DNA of 64,000 nt from assembly GCA_002189035.1 (NCBI GenBank), contig NEEC01000008.1:2666001-2730000 (forward strand), given 5' to 3'. Source of the stretch: Utricularia gibba (taxonomy: Eukaryota; Plantae; Magnoliophyta). Shown here piece by piece: positions 39,823 to 53,400 of this stretch (position 1 is the first letter of the stretch; the number at the start of each line of letters is the position of its first letter). The notes under the pieces were generated by a model. The model did not search any database and was not told where the DNA came from. It saw nothing but the letters and a program-made list of their open reading frames with translations. The position numbers were made by a program, and so were the translations under genes.

Positions 39823-40390
39823 TTCTCTCGCTCTCCCGGTTGCATGCGCACAACTTTAGTCCCACACATCCTGTCGTCCATCCGTTTCTTCTACTGCACT
39901 GCAGCTTATGAACACAACCTGATAATAAATGTGGATGCAGTCGTCAGTTCGTCACAGAGGCACCAAGCATTTCTGTTGTTTCTGTGTATCAATCACCTTT
40001 GTGTTTGTACTACGTTATATGATATATATTACTTGTGATTCTTCCAATTCCTTGTTTCCCCTTCTCGCTTTACCATTCAACGGGTGAACTATACTAGTGG
40101 GAAAAAAAAGATGGAATGCAATTAGATCAGATAATGAAGTTAATGGACATGGATCCAACAAGACAGCAGTAGGGCGTGATGCTTTACTGCTGTTTTTTCA
40201 TCAGGTTCTTCTCGATCAACAAGTTGAGATGCATTTGCAGTACTTCGCCTCTGCCAACTTCAGCAGTGCTACTTTAATCGGGATGAGGGTGAAGTGCATG
40301 CTCTCCGTACACTGATTCGTTAAGGACTCAAGAGGTTTAGAGTTTATGTGCCCTTGGGGTTAACAATACCAACAAGTACTAATCTACACT

Positions 40391-40562
40391 AGATTAGTGG
40401 CAAACATGATGTCCATCAGGGTGTGTTTTCACATTAAGTTGAGTACAATTGATGAACGCAAAACTTGGGTGCCAATGGGGCTGCACTGATCAACATTAGA
40501 TTAGTGGCATGCCCACATGAAGATGTCAATCAGAGTTGGTTTCCCATGAGTTGAGTGCACTT
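40391..40562 (+). repeat. Degenerate direct repeat, 2 units of about 65 nt
   Basis: tagattagtggca...gatgtc.atcag.gt...ttt..cat..gttgagt.ca.ttg at about 40391-40452 and about 40497-40562. Confidence 0.45.
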
Positions 40563-40927
40563 GTTCTTGTTCTTGTTCTTACACAATGATCAAGCACATG
40601 ACTAAGATGCGCTTGATCATTCAAATGCATGAACATCAACCTATGAAAACACTGCATTTTGTGTCATCACGATTTGGAGACAAGCGGTCTCGCATTCCTT
40701 GGATTTCATGGGATTTTAAGGCCATTTTTTAGGAGTAAGAAAATAGCAAGGTAAGAATCCATGGATTATTACCCTAAGCGGCTAAGCCTTACAAAAGTGC
40801 GAAGTCCACGCTCCTGTGTTGTGTAAATGCTGCATGAAATGAGGCTCTCATGGAGAGAGTCTAGCTGCTTCACTTTAAAGCATGGGATTCATGTCTTTAA
40901 CTCCAAAGAATCAACCAAGTTCAAAAC

Positions 40928-40943
40928 AAAACCCTAAACCCTA
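40928..40943 (+). repeat. Short telomere-type repeat / telo-box (AAACCCTAAACCCTAA)
   Basis: Two tandem AAACCCT units about 70 nt upstream of the TATA box of peptide gene B. Confidence 0.6.
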
Positions 40944-41007
40944 AGTAGGAATTACTACAGTAGTCCATTTCATATGCAAAGCTTTGGATTCGATGCACTT
41001 TTTTCCC

Positions 41008-41015
41008 TATAAATA
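41008..41015 (+). promoter_or_regulatory. TATA box of peptide gene B
   Basis: TATAAATA about 50 nt upstream of the ATG at 41059. Confidence 0.7.
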
Positions 41016-41058
41016 CTTCACGAAATGGGGCTTTCATCTTCAGAGTTCACAAGAAAAC

Positions 41059-41288
41059 ATGAAGAGCAACCAAGCCATCTGCTTCTTCATCCTTTGCCTC
41101 TTGGGTATTCTTGCTGCAAAATCTAATGCTTGGCCCTGCGGCGGCGAGCCTCCAAGTCCGTTGCCGATTCCAAATTTGGGCCCCCCATTACCGATGCCAT
41201 GGGTTCCCCCGTTTCCACTATGCCCATCCCCACCGCCACCAACTCCGACGACACCCCTCCCGCGCCGGCTCCGTCGCCCAAAAGCTGA
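41059..41288 (+). CDS. Small secreted Cys/Pro-rich peptide, copy B (as read, frameshifted at 41254-41257 and extending to 41337)
   Basis: Tandem paralogue of copy A, with 6 differences in the first 66 aa. One extra C restores the end PPPAPAPSPKS*. Confidence 0.75.
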
Positions 41289-42116
41289 TTCTCTCGCTCT
41301 CCCGGTTGCATTCCTTCACCCTGCCCCCCAACCTTAGCCGCAACACTTTCCTTTCCTCCATGCATTACAACTTCCAGAAACTAATAATAAATGTGGATGC
41401 AGTCGTGTGTTCCATCTGCCCCGAGATCTCCAGTTCGCCACAGAGGCGCCACGCATTTTAATCTGTTCCTGTGTATCAATCGCCTTGAATATCGCCTGTG
41501 GCGTTTGTAGCATGATATTTTCTCAAAGATTGTTCAAATTCTTCGTTTCCCCCATTCACAGTTCTAATCTGGAGCCATGAAACAAATCCAGGACGAAGTT
41601 GTATGACAGAATTTGGGTCTGGACCATCTGAGACCTGAGTTAGGCATTGACAAGGATATGGTGTCCATGGGAAAGCATAGACCTTGACCTACTTTGCATC
41701 TCCATTCTGCAGTCTCCACCCACACCAACTTCCCATTTAAATCAACAATTTCTAGGGCTAATTCTAATTAGGATATGCCAATGTTTTAAAACCATGAGTT
41801 TAGTTCGCAGTTAGATTCAAAGAATAAGTTCACCCCGTTTAGAAAATAATTTTTTTTGAATATTTCAAAATATAATTAAAAATTATTCAACTAGTTATGA
41901 AAAGAATTCAATCTAAATCTCTGATTAAATCAGAAAATGACCTTTGAATGAAGGGTGTATTAGAAATTTGATCATTCTTTCATCAGTGTGATAAAATTAA
42001 CTACCTATAATTTAATTTTTTAATTTAATATGTATGAAAAAATGTACGAATAATCAATTTTTTAAATGACTCTGTAACAAAGTTTGGATTGTCATCTCAA
42101 ACCCTAAAGTAGAAAT

Positions 42117-42400
42117 GTTAGGGTAAGGTCTTGGCCCAAGACCGATATCCTTATGAGGCCCAGTGGCCCATCCTCAAGAAAGGGGCTTCATGTTCTTTTT
42201 CTGAAGGAGTTGCAGGAAAGCTTCATTAATGGCGTCCTCTAAAACCAAGGAACATGACACCATTAAAATCATCTGGATGCCCTTAAAATTATTATGCAGC
42301 TATAGGAATATGTACTACAGGGTTCCCCTCATGTTACCAAGACATAGTCTGTAATCCCTTTATTCCTTTTATCCCGACGGACAACCCAAAAACTGCTGAG
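42117..42400 (+). mobile_element. Possible LTR-retrotransposon LTR fragment
   Basis: Begins TGTTAGGG. A GC-richer island with GGCCCA motifs and the palindrome GGTCTTGG-C-CCAAGACC at 42127-42143. No partner LTR, PBS or coding remnant seen. Confidence 0.2.
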
Positions 42401-43202
42401 TTTTTGGCCTGTTTTCAGCCTCATTCTGCGCCCAGTTAGTTTCATAGGAAGAGGTACTTGGAATCTCTTATGCTTTAAAAAGTGAGCAAAGCATCCGCCA
42501 TCCCACACCTAATACGAATCTTTTATGCATTGCATGAATTTTTATTCCGTTAGGATTTCCTTGGTTTCATGTCAAATGTTGATAATCGGTGGAAAATGAT
42601 CTAGAAATCTGATCATTCTATGGGTTAACTCCCAAATGAAATTTTCTAATGGATTAACCATCGGTTCGGTTGGTAGTGAGGTAATTTTTTTTTCTAAGCC
42701 TAAACTCATGGTGGAAAAGTGTGTCTGAGCATTATAATGAAAATTAAGAAAAAAACAATACTGCAGTGGAGGGTCCTCTTTGTGTGTGAAAACAACTTCA
42801 TTTCATTTTACAGAGGCACAAGAGGGTGAGCGTCGGTGTGAAGATGGTGATCAATCACATCAAGAGAGGTTACTCCTCACCAAATCAAGATGAAAAATGA
42901 TTAATCACTTGCTTTCCTTTGCCCAGTCAACACCTTTCACCAAGTGTTGTAAACCATGAAGCAAGTAGTTGCAAGATTCTCAATGCAAAACAAAAAAAGA
43001 AAAAAGATAATGAAATGAATCGGTGAGTTAATTTTTTTTTATTTTCTGGTGTGATGTTAGTAGTTGTTAGCCTGTTTTGCTTTCATTCAAATATTCCAAC
43101 TTCCAACATTTATTACTGCTTGTAGTTGGTTAGTTGTATTGTATATGAAAAGATGAGCAACATGGACATTGTTCATCGACCTTCTTCATCTTGTGTGTTC
43201 GG

Positions 43203-44165
43203 ATGGGGAAGGCAACCAGGATCATGAGAGTATCAATATTCACTTTCCTGCGAAGCTTCCATCTCTTCACTTCAACTCCTGCATTGCTTGCTGTCCCCTT
43301 TGCTGCGGCGGTCCTCCTGTTGCAGCCGCTGGTCTCATCATCATCTCTTCTTGTAGCGGTTCATGCTCGCCTGAGGTCCCTTTTTGTAGTGGCTGGATTC
43401 TGGGGATCATTGGAGCTGTTCAGCGTGCTCTGTCTCAAGCTCTCTCAGACAGCCGTCTGTTACCTGTTTTCTTTGCCTTTCACCCTCTCATTTCTTCTCC
43501 CTGCCAAGTCTTTCACGCTTATGCTACTGCGAAGGAGCACTTGCTATTCCTCTGTCTGGGATTTCACCATTTTGCCAGTCACTCAGCTTTGCGCCTCCTT
43601 TGTCCTCTTGGCAGCAAATGCCACCTGCTTCTGCATTCTCTTCATATGCTTCAGTTTTGTAGATTTTTTAGGAGTTTTGAATCCTGTATTCAAACTGATC
43701 ATTTCAGCAGGGGGGATCATATTCTATGCAGTCCTCGTTGCAAATGCTTCTGTGATCTGCAACTTGTCCCTGATCATTTCTTGGATTGATAAGCGTGGAG
43801 GCTTCATCTCCATCCTGAAGGCCTGTTTTCTGATCAGAGGTCACACCGCAGCTGCAATGTCGTTAGCGGCGTCTGTGAACATGGGACTGGCTTCAATGGA
43901 AGCTCTGTTCCAATATCGAGTTCTGATGACTTCTCAACGCTCCAAATATGCCCTTGTTTTTGAAGCAATCCTCATTGCTTGTATGTATGCTCTCATTCTG
44001 GCTTTGGACACCATTGTCGGTTTTATGCTGTTGAAAAGCTGCGAGAAGGATTATGAGATCCATCAAGAGGAGTACCAGAAGGATCATGTGTGGATCCAAG
44101 GGAAAAACTGGGAAACCAGAGATTCTGGAGCTTGTGCTGAAAAACCTTTCTTGTTTCCTGTCTGA
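43203..44165 (+). CDS. Intronless multi-pass membrane protein of unknown function (At5g61340-like)
   Basis: Open frame of about 320 aa with several hydrophobic segments. RIMRVSIFTFL, LKLSQT...FSLPFTLSFLL and MEALFQYRV resemble the family as I recall it. Confidence 0.8.
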   Translation: MGKATRIMRVSIFTFLRSFHLFTSTPALLAVPFAAAVLLLQPLVSSSSLLVAVHARLRSLFVVAGFWGSLELFSVLCLKLSQTAVCYLFSLPFTLSFLLPAKSFTLMLLRRSTCYSSVWDFTILPVTQLCASFVLLAANATCFCILFICFSFVDFLGVLNPVFKLIISAGGIIFYAVLVANASVICNLSLIISWIDKRGGFISILKACFLIRGHTAAAMSLAASVNMGLASMEALFQYRVLMTSQRSKYALVFEAILIACMYALILALDTIVGFMLLKSCEKDYEIHQEEYQKDHVWIQGKNWETRDSGACAEKPFLFPV

Positions 44166-44479
44166 AAAGGGAGCTCAGTTGTGTCACAAAAAGAATACAG
44201 TAAGTCAACACAATTCAACATGAAATGTATGGTGCATTGCACACAATGAAGTACACTCTTAAGAGTTAACATCTCTGGGAAACCTTCCAGATATGTTCAT
44301 GCATTCTGGAAACAGGTTCACGAACAGAGTTTTAGAATCGAAGTTCATTGGCATGCCAATATAAGAATCAGATGGAATAACATACCAATTCGTGTTTCCA
44401 GGCACAGTTAAATTAAGTACCAATTTCTGAAATAAATGGAAAGAGTACTCTGCTTCAAGTCCATATGCTAATCTTGCAT

Positions 44480-47400
44480 CTAAGCCTTCCCAGTGGAGCC
44501 AAATAATCGCATTTTCTCAGCTGCCACAGCCTTCATGGCTTCCTTTGCAGACTTCATGACATTGACCAGATCTTTCCCGGGGTTGCTTAGAGAGTCGATG
44601 TAAGCTTTTCGAACTTCAGTGTTAACATTGAATTTTCGTATTCCCAGCTTTATACATTCCTGCAATGCAATGCACGTGAGTGAAGATGGAATCTAGAGAT
44701 AACATCACTTGCCTTAGGAAGAGATCTACCTCAATGATGTCTTTTGGCAACCCAGAGGCCCCATGAAGAACTAAATGAACTCTGCCACGACATTCTTCAT
44801 ACAAATCCTAGAGATATATGCAAACGTTATTGCTTCATTTGGAATGCAGGTAATAACATAGTTGATATTGGCTACCTAGATACATGATACGTGAAACAAA
44901 AACATTTCTATAATTGCAAGAGCATCAGATCCCTTATGACAGTTTGCAAGTAATAATATTTCAGCTCAAGAAGAAGTGGGGTGATGCCACGTTATTGCAG
45001 GAAAAATCTGAATAGTTGAGGAAAAGAAAATTGAAATATGCATAACCTTTAGCAAATCAAGTCTGAGATTTGGGCCGCTTGCTGGGTATTTTCCATGAAC
45101 ATTTCCTATGCAGACAGCCAAAGCACCAATGCCTGTTGCATCGATGAACTCACGAGCCTGAAACATGACATGAATCTCTTGTTAACATAAGAAGATACAC
45201 TTGCAAGTGTTTTAACGCCAAGGAAACCTGTTTGACATCCGTCAGTCTTGCTTCATAGTCTTCCACAGTCAAGCCATCTTCAGTTCCTGATAATCTTCCT
45301 AACTCAGCTTCTACCATTAAGTTTTTAGATTGCGCTACGAGCGAAATATATTTGGTATATGCAATATTCTCCTTGAAGGGTAGGTGCGATCCATCAACCA
45401 TGACTGAGTCTAATCCCTGGTATATTTTCACAAAAAAAAAGCTTAATGATCATGTGTAAAGAAATGAAAGTAAGGTTTGAGCACTTTTTGATACTTGCAA
45501 AATGCTCAAACAAATTATTAGAAGCTGCTTACGTAGTCCATAATTTCTAGCAGTTCTTGCTTAGATGTTCCATGGTCAAAGTGAACAGCGATGGGAACCT
45601 GCATGGAAATTCTTTGGCTTATAATTTTCGAAAACTACCTTTGGCATGAGACAGATTCCAGTCTATATAACAACTTCGATCATCTGAGATAATATTTTTG
45701 AGTACAAAAGATGCCCAGTTTTTGAGCCATAAGGGAGAAATGGAGATCGTCTATATTTCATATAGACTTCTAGTTACGCAGTGGGAATATGTTATACAGA
45801 AAGTTCCACTCACACTTGCTTGTTCTGCAGCACTGATACAGGATGCTAGCAAAGGAATTCCTCCTTGCTCCAGTGCCCCAGGATGAATCTGAAAGCATAT
45901 CAAAACCAAATAAAAATTTCAAATTTCTCTAAGCAGTTGTCATGCTGATCTGCCCTACTGCGTCTGGAGAGACTAATTCATGGTAGCAATCTAGAGAAGT
46001 TTAATTCAGCTTCATCTATTTTTCCGAGCTACATATCCTAAGAAAAAAAAAGTACCCCGCATTTGGCTTAGTTGAATATTACAATAATAAATTACTGCAT
46101 TGAGAGAAGATCCTGCACCAAATACAGTCTCGAAAATCTTATGTGTATGGCCACTGAAGTTTAAAAATGACGAGCAATTCAAACCTGCAAGATAGCAGGG
46201 CTCTGTTCTTCTTCAGCAGCAGTAACAACAGCAGCAACTCCTTCAAGGTTATACACATTGAAAGCTCCAACAGCATAACCACCTTTCTCAGCATTCTTAT
46301 ATAATGGATGAAGAGTCAGTGTGTAGAACAAGTACAAAAAAAAATGGCATAGATGAATATTCTTACTTGAAGAAGTTCCAAGGTTGAAGGTCTTTTGGGG
46401 TATGCCCAACATTTTACCACTTCTGCAAGGGCGTTGCTGTCACCAACATTTCCTGATAATTGGTTTAAGAATATCTAGATCAACTTAGAAAGAAGTAAAA
46501 AAAAGTGACATGGACTATTTTTATATTACCAGGGAATACAATATAAGGGACCCCAGGATGGGTGCTTTCAGGGCCTAGTTGCCACAAGGGTACTCCAGCA
46601 AGGGCTTGACCAACAATTTTCGCACGTTTTACTTCTAGAGCTTTTGTTGCAATGTCTGAAGATGTTATCCCACCCTGCCACAAAAAAAATGCAATTTTAA
46701 TCTCCCAAAGAATCAGAATTAAATACTCCTGAGTAAAGCAAACAGGATGTTATGTCTGTTATGAGGGCTTGGCTCGTCCAGTGCCTGTTTTTCAATGATC
46801 AACTGTGGGTTCATTTAAATCTGCGGCACTGGATATCTAGTATAATCCAGCACAAGAGAAATTCACGCTTGCACATTCAACGGGATTTTATAATTTGCTG
46901 AAAACAGCGCATATGGTTCCTTAAATTGAACTATCTTTATCTTGCAAAGTAATTCCTCTAAAGGCAATCAAGTTTCTCAATTTGTTCAGAGAAAAAAAGC
47001 AGATCCGAGAATATGGCAAGCCAAGCAAGTTTTAGAGGATTTTCTACCAAAGGTGAAGAACAATGACAATGATGATAAATATTGAGGCATGCCAAATCAT
47101 TTGCTGCTTTATAATGAATTAGCTATACTGCCCAAAGCTCATTGAATCAGGCCAGACCCGTGCATCTACATTACAATACTTAATAAAACCATGGTAAAAG
47201 AGCAGAAACATCCCATTAACATCAACTCAGAAATATGGAGATCGTTAAAGCAAGGATTTAAATGGATCACACTAACCTTTGCGAGGATATATCTTGGTCT
47301 TTCTGTTATACCACGCACTATTTCCACAAGTGCAGAACTCACTTTGGCGTTGATTTCTAAGCTTTCAGAAGAAGCTGTTTGAAATACACTAGTTTTTACT

Positions 47401-50400
47401 CCAAAAAAATAAAAAATAAAAAAATGATCCAGCAGAGAATGCAAAAGCACACATTTGATATTGTTGAAACATACACTCGCACAACGTCTTGAAACAAAAT
47501 AACTGCGAATGCGAACTTACATTTTCCCACAACAAGTTTCCGACTAGTAACTATGAGGGTGTCCTTTCCACTTTTAAGGTATGCATTAGCCAAGTCAGAA
47601 ACATTTTTTAGCTCTTCCTCCCTTTCTTCTACTGAATTTTGAGCAACTCGATCAACAGAAACCTGTTCCAATAACGAGGTTCAAAAGAGACATTGTACTT
47701 ATAATGAGTCACATTACTTCTGCAAGGAAGAGGGAATTTTGTAAGTAAAACAAAAATCTGAAGCACCTCAATCCGCTTCAATGCATGACTTCGTTGTATC
47801 AATAGATCTTCAACCTGCCACTTGGAGTAAACAACAATTCATGTAAACAAAAAACATGAACGCTTTATGGTTTACCTGCTTTGTTGTTTTGGGAACATAA
47901 GAACCAACTACTATGAGTCCACCATGCCTTTCCCTTTGTATTCCAAGGTCAACAGGGAGCAATGGAGCTTTAGGAGTGATACCTAACCGAGCAGAAACAA
48001 AGCTTGCAGCTGTTCGACAGAGGAAGCTCTTTCCTTTCAACTCGGCCTAAAAAGAGCAGAAGATAATCAACAGTAAGCTTTAGAATTTCCAGTTTTCATG
48101 TCTCTCTTTTGCAACAAAAGCTGTAAGAGGAAAAAACAGCCTTATTTTACAAACAAATCAACCTGAATCATTCCTGCAGCAAAAACTGAAATATCTCTTT
48201 CGCTTGCAGCATTGACTATGCATGTAGATCCCTGAAACAATAGATTGGATAGAAGCCTCAAGTTTTCAGTGGCAGAAACATGGATCCTATAGCATTTTCA
48301 CCAATTCAGATTAAGTAATCTATCTAGATGAATAGTCGCTCATCAAGAAACATGCAGAGTACACAGAAGCTACTACAACATTTCAGTTCTTTTACATGGT
48401 AAGTCATGCCTCTTGATGACCAATTTTTGCTCGTGCAGAAGTTATTTAACTAATTAGCTGGCTATTATGGCATTCTCATCTTTGTCCACCCAAAGACATA
48501 CAATTCAACTGTCTGTCCATATAATACATCATGTTTCTCTCATTACAAAACATTTTCTTTTCTAAAGAAAGTCAAGAGCCAGAACAATGTAACATATGAC
48601 TTACATTTCACAAGCAGCCAACAGTCTGCTATTACAAAATAAGAATGCCCTAATTTACACAAGCTCACCACATATTGTTCACAATTCACAGGCAGCTAAT
48701 ATTAAAACACAGCACGCACACCTTCAGTCTCAAAAAATGAATAGAAATGTTTGAAACTATGCAACAAATGATTGTGTAAGGCTTCAATATGACTTCCAGA
48801 TGAGCTTTCCTGACCCATTATAAATGCCTTATTTCATATAGTTTTACAAACAAATTTGTATATGAATACTTCTTATGAGTTCGTCACTCGAGATGTACAT
48901 CAAAATTACAGAATCAATGGGCCAAATAATCATTTCTTTAGAAGATTTAAGGGAAGTACGCACAATACAGAATCAGTAGGAGACAATAAGCACTAAGAGC
49001 AGGCATTGTATCATGAACATTTATTTCATTGCACAAACCTTACTCAAACTGCACAGAAAATCACAAACAGCTTCAGGTCCACCCCTCCTGATTAGCTGTA
49101 TAGAAATGGTGGATACACCAGTAGCTTTTATGCGCCCCTTGGTTTTCTCCTCCACCCACTGAAAGCTTTAGTGATTATGTTCAATTCTTCATTGTAATGA
49201 GAGTAAAATGCTAATTTCCTTCCTTATCCGCCCCATAAATAAATAAAATAAATGTTGCAAGAGCACAAGACCTCTTGGAGATTAGAAGATTTATAGCCGA
49301 AAGAGGCATCCTTTGCAAATTCTGTTTCTCCACATGGGATTAACCTGAAAATTAAACGTCCTTCAAGTATGATATTGAATGGCGAATGAAGAAAATCTAT
49401 TGAAATTTATGAGCAGGAACATGTACCCATAGTTCATTTACTCAAACACAGGACATGCAGACCGGGTTTTGACTTGGGGAAGGGGACACAGTAAAGTATG
49501 TTCTTTATCCATTCACTGTTTCTGCAACTTTAATATTACCCTTTGCTATATCTTTATGAGAATGAATTGAGAACTGCTGCTAACTTTTTAATTAGTCTCT
49601 GTTTCTGCAACTTAAATCAAGCTTGGCACCCCATAACTAACTTTACTCAATGCTGCCTTGTTGACAGGATTTACTCAACCTTTAGCAATATGCAGATGCA
49701 TAATATATGCAAGTGAGAATAATACCTGTCAGAATCTGTAACATAATGTACATCTCCAATAGTAAGGCGACCACCTTGAAAGAAGAAGGGGCACAATAAC
49801 CATGAATCCACGTCACCAAGTACAGAGACTGCAGCATCTAACTCCTATTTATGTTAAAGGTAAATTCAAAGATTTAATGACGTAGACAAAAAAATGGAAT
49901 ATGCAATATAAGGCATTTTTACCTCAGGAAAATGACCTCTTAATGTTGAGTCCCCTCTTAGAACCACAGTGAATTCTACTTCTACCTTCTTGGCAGCAGC
50001 AGACAAGTTGCTGCAGATATCTGTCACGAGTTTGCTAGCCTACGGAAAATAGTTCTTATAAGTAGATAGTCACATAATGTTTCTAGATTAACCAAGAAAA
50101 AAATACTAAGAGAATGACTAGGTATTTTACCTTGTCGGCAGTTAAGGAACGAGAATTCGTCAAAATAAAGAAGCATTTAGGCCTCTCGCTGAACTCCTGA
50201 ACCAGAGAATGAACACTCCTGAAATCAATAAAGATGAGGAATGAAATTACTTATAGGAAAATTTTGGTTTTTTGGAGTTGCACCATGTGATCACCAAGAG
50301 ACCCTAGAAAAAATGTTGAAACCAGATTGAAGGTATGGAAATCCAAGCTGACCACATGATACTAAGTTATACATTAAAATGAAACACTACGCCACAGAGA

Positions 50401-53400
50401 AAATAAATAGAAATATGGTTGTCTAGTCAAATTAATTTAAACCACAATGATGCTAAAACTGGAAATGTTTTATAAAATAAACATAAATAAATAAATAAAT
50501 TCTTCAATAAAAGATTATTTATATCCCTTTTTGTGGAAATCTTGGCTACAGACTTTTTTCTTTGCAGTTATTTCATCTTACCATTCTGTCAAAACATGAA
50601 TCCCATGAACTGTTTGAGTTCCGGTTGGATCATCATCAAGAACAACCAATGTTTTCAAGCTTTTGTGGGAAAGGTTAACTATGCCAGCAACAGGATCATC
50701 AGGCCATTCAAGTGGAAGAGATCGCAAGACAGACTCCTTTGATAGGGCATGGGGCTTTGCTTCGACTTTGACTCCTGTCAGTGTTTCATAGACCTGAAAA
50801 AACATGCATGAGAAGTTGCATCAGTTGTCACTTGCTGCTACGCAGATCAAATCATTAATGTATGTACATGGAAACAATTTAGGAAATAACACCATGAATT
50901 GCTAAGAACATCACTTGACAATTATCCCAATTCGTACTCATTTCTACATATTCTCCAGATTTGACTCTAATACCAAATATCATAATTCATACTTCCCATT
51001 CATAATCAATGTGAGAAAAAATTCCTATTGTTATCTTGGATACACAATTAAACTCACAGATCCTTAGGAATAGTAGACTATTTCTCTATTTTGTAGTTTT
51101 CCTGAATCAAGCGAAGTATCACAAATCTTTCACCTCATGCGGTACTCTATTGTCTTTTTCATTCCATGGAATCGAATCCTTATTTATTCTTTGCCATTGA
51201 TACTTGCCACCCTTCCACGAGGGCCTTATACTCGCCCTTTCATGGAAATTTGGTGTCCCCACTAACAGTTGACCAAGCAATTATTGACCCGAATATAGCT
51301 CTAATATCAAATATTCCTTTTCTTTTGGACACCCACTCTCATGGATTTGATTCTCCATCTTTGAACTAATAGCTTCACATGTGATCACCCATCATAAAAC
51401 TACTGCGACCCAAGTATGCTTAAACAATATTTGCATAGTCATAATACTTAATAACTGATGAGATTCCCTAACATACTACTGTCCCCCTTCCTTACAACAA
51501 TACAATAAATAGCCATGCCGCACCAGAAAATAAAAAATATAGATAGATATTTATAGATATCTTTCTATTTGCTTTGTTGAGAAATTGAAGAACCAAATAC
51601 CTTAACAACGCCAGCATCATCCATACGGCCCCATCCAGCAGCAGAACCTGACCAAAAAAATGTCGCATTTCCATCAATATGATAAGAAAAAACACATGCA
51701 TGTGAGTTTTCCATGTCAATTCAAACAAAAGGACAGTCAAGGGAACATGCACATGAAGAACCACGGTACATGTCCTTTGAACTACCATTACTGTACTAGT
51801 GATGTTTGTACGTTGAGATAAGCAATTAAACATATGGATGCTGAACCAACCAAAAGAAGAAAGGGAAAAAATCATATGAAGAGCATGAAACACATGTGGG
51901 TGGATAAGCAAGCTTTGTACGATAAAAATTCCATTTTGAGAAGCACCATTATGACTGAATGGTACTCACATTCTGATGGCAAAAAAGTACGGAAGACAAA
52001 GATGACCAAACTGAGGATACCAATGAAATTATTGAAATAAGAAAAGTAAGTAGAAAGGATACTAGAATTCTGTCTATTTAATTGAGAAACTGCATCAAAA
52101 AAAAAAAAAAAATTGAAAAGTGAAGAGAAGGCTACCACCTGCCAAGAACAACTGGTGCGCCACATTTGACACATTAAGTGGAACCTTTCCAGATGAACCT
52201 TCACTTGAAACAATGCCCTGCATAAAAGTAGAATATCACAGACCAGCAATCCCATTAAGAATCTAAATAATAATGTAGGGAGTGACTGCATTTCTATGAT
52301 TAGCCATACCAAATCCTTTACAAATATATCAAGGGCAGACAATGGTGTATAGTCACTCTCTAACATGTGAGGACCACGATTCTCAAACATCCTGTGGTAG
52401 GCAAAGTAGTTCAATTAGACTAGCACTGACTCACGCATACATTCAACTACAAGAAAGTTGCCTGAGAAAAAAAAAATGAAGGAAACTAAACACAATAAAA
52501 TTATCAAGATTGAGAATAATTGGTCTCCAATTGAGGAATTCCATCACCTACTATACATCATCTAAAATTTATAACAGTAGGAGGCACAAGTCACATGAAA
52601 CAGCAGCAGAAAGCAGCATCCTATAAATATTTTTACAAGTCACATAAAACTAACCATGATGCTCCAGAGCTGTTTCTGATTATATCATACAAGAGTCTTG
52701 TATTAATACCCAGTCGAGCCCCAAATGCCAATGCCTCAGCTGTTGATGCAATATGAACTCCAGCGAGAAGTTGATTGATCATTTTGACCACACTAAAGAA
52801 AAACAGCAAAATAAAACAAACAGAATCACACATTGAGATTTCAACAAATTAAATAATAAGTAACATGAATAGGCGTAGCACATGCCATATAAAGAGTGGT
52901 TGCTCTAAAATTTATGAGTGCATGGCATGAAGTAAAGTAGAAACAAATATAGTAGAATGATCTCTACCTTCCAGCTCCACAGCCACCATTTATTACATAA
53001 AGCTTCTCACTCAATGCTGGACAAAAGAAGACGAACTTTAATTCGAAAACATATTGCAGTCATATGGTTCACATAAGGGTTATGATATTTCAACCTGATA
53101 GGATCGAACTAACATGCAGTAGAGCTTCATCAGAGCCTGAAGCCATTATCTGCAATGCACTTCTATACATCAGGCAAGAAAATTAAACTCATATAACCTG
53201 CAGCCTTGAATGAGGATACTATGTACTAGAAGCTAATGTTCCTCATACAGTAAGGGTCCCATTAGCAGCCCTTTTCACACCCCCGGAGACTGGAGCATCC
53301 ACCAACTTCAAATCCTTTTGTTCATCTGTAAAAGTTGTATTAATCATACCCTTGTGCATAAATCTATACATATCTAAAAAGAATCAATAGAAATTATGCG

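Noticed and set aside
40920-40960. AACCCTAAACCCT as a possible telomerase RNA template
   Set aside because: No USE/TATA Pol III promoter at a suitable distance; better explained as a telo-box or short interstitial repeat.
43169-43789. 206-aa ORF overlapping the membrane-protein gene in another frame
   Set aside because: No recognisable features; a by-product of the codon bias of the overlapping CDS.
51834-52414. ORFs of 68 and 180 aa inside the aldolase-fusion gene
   Set aside because: Intronic or partly exon-overlapping, low complexity, no recognisable domain.
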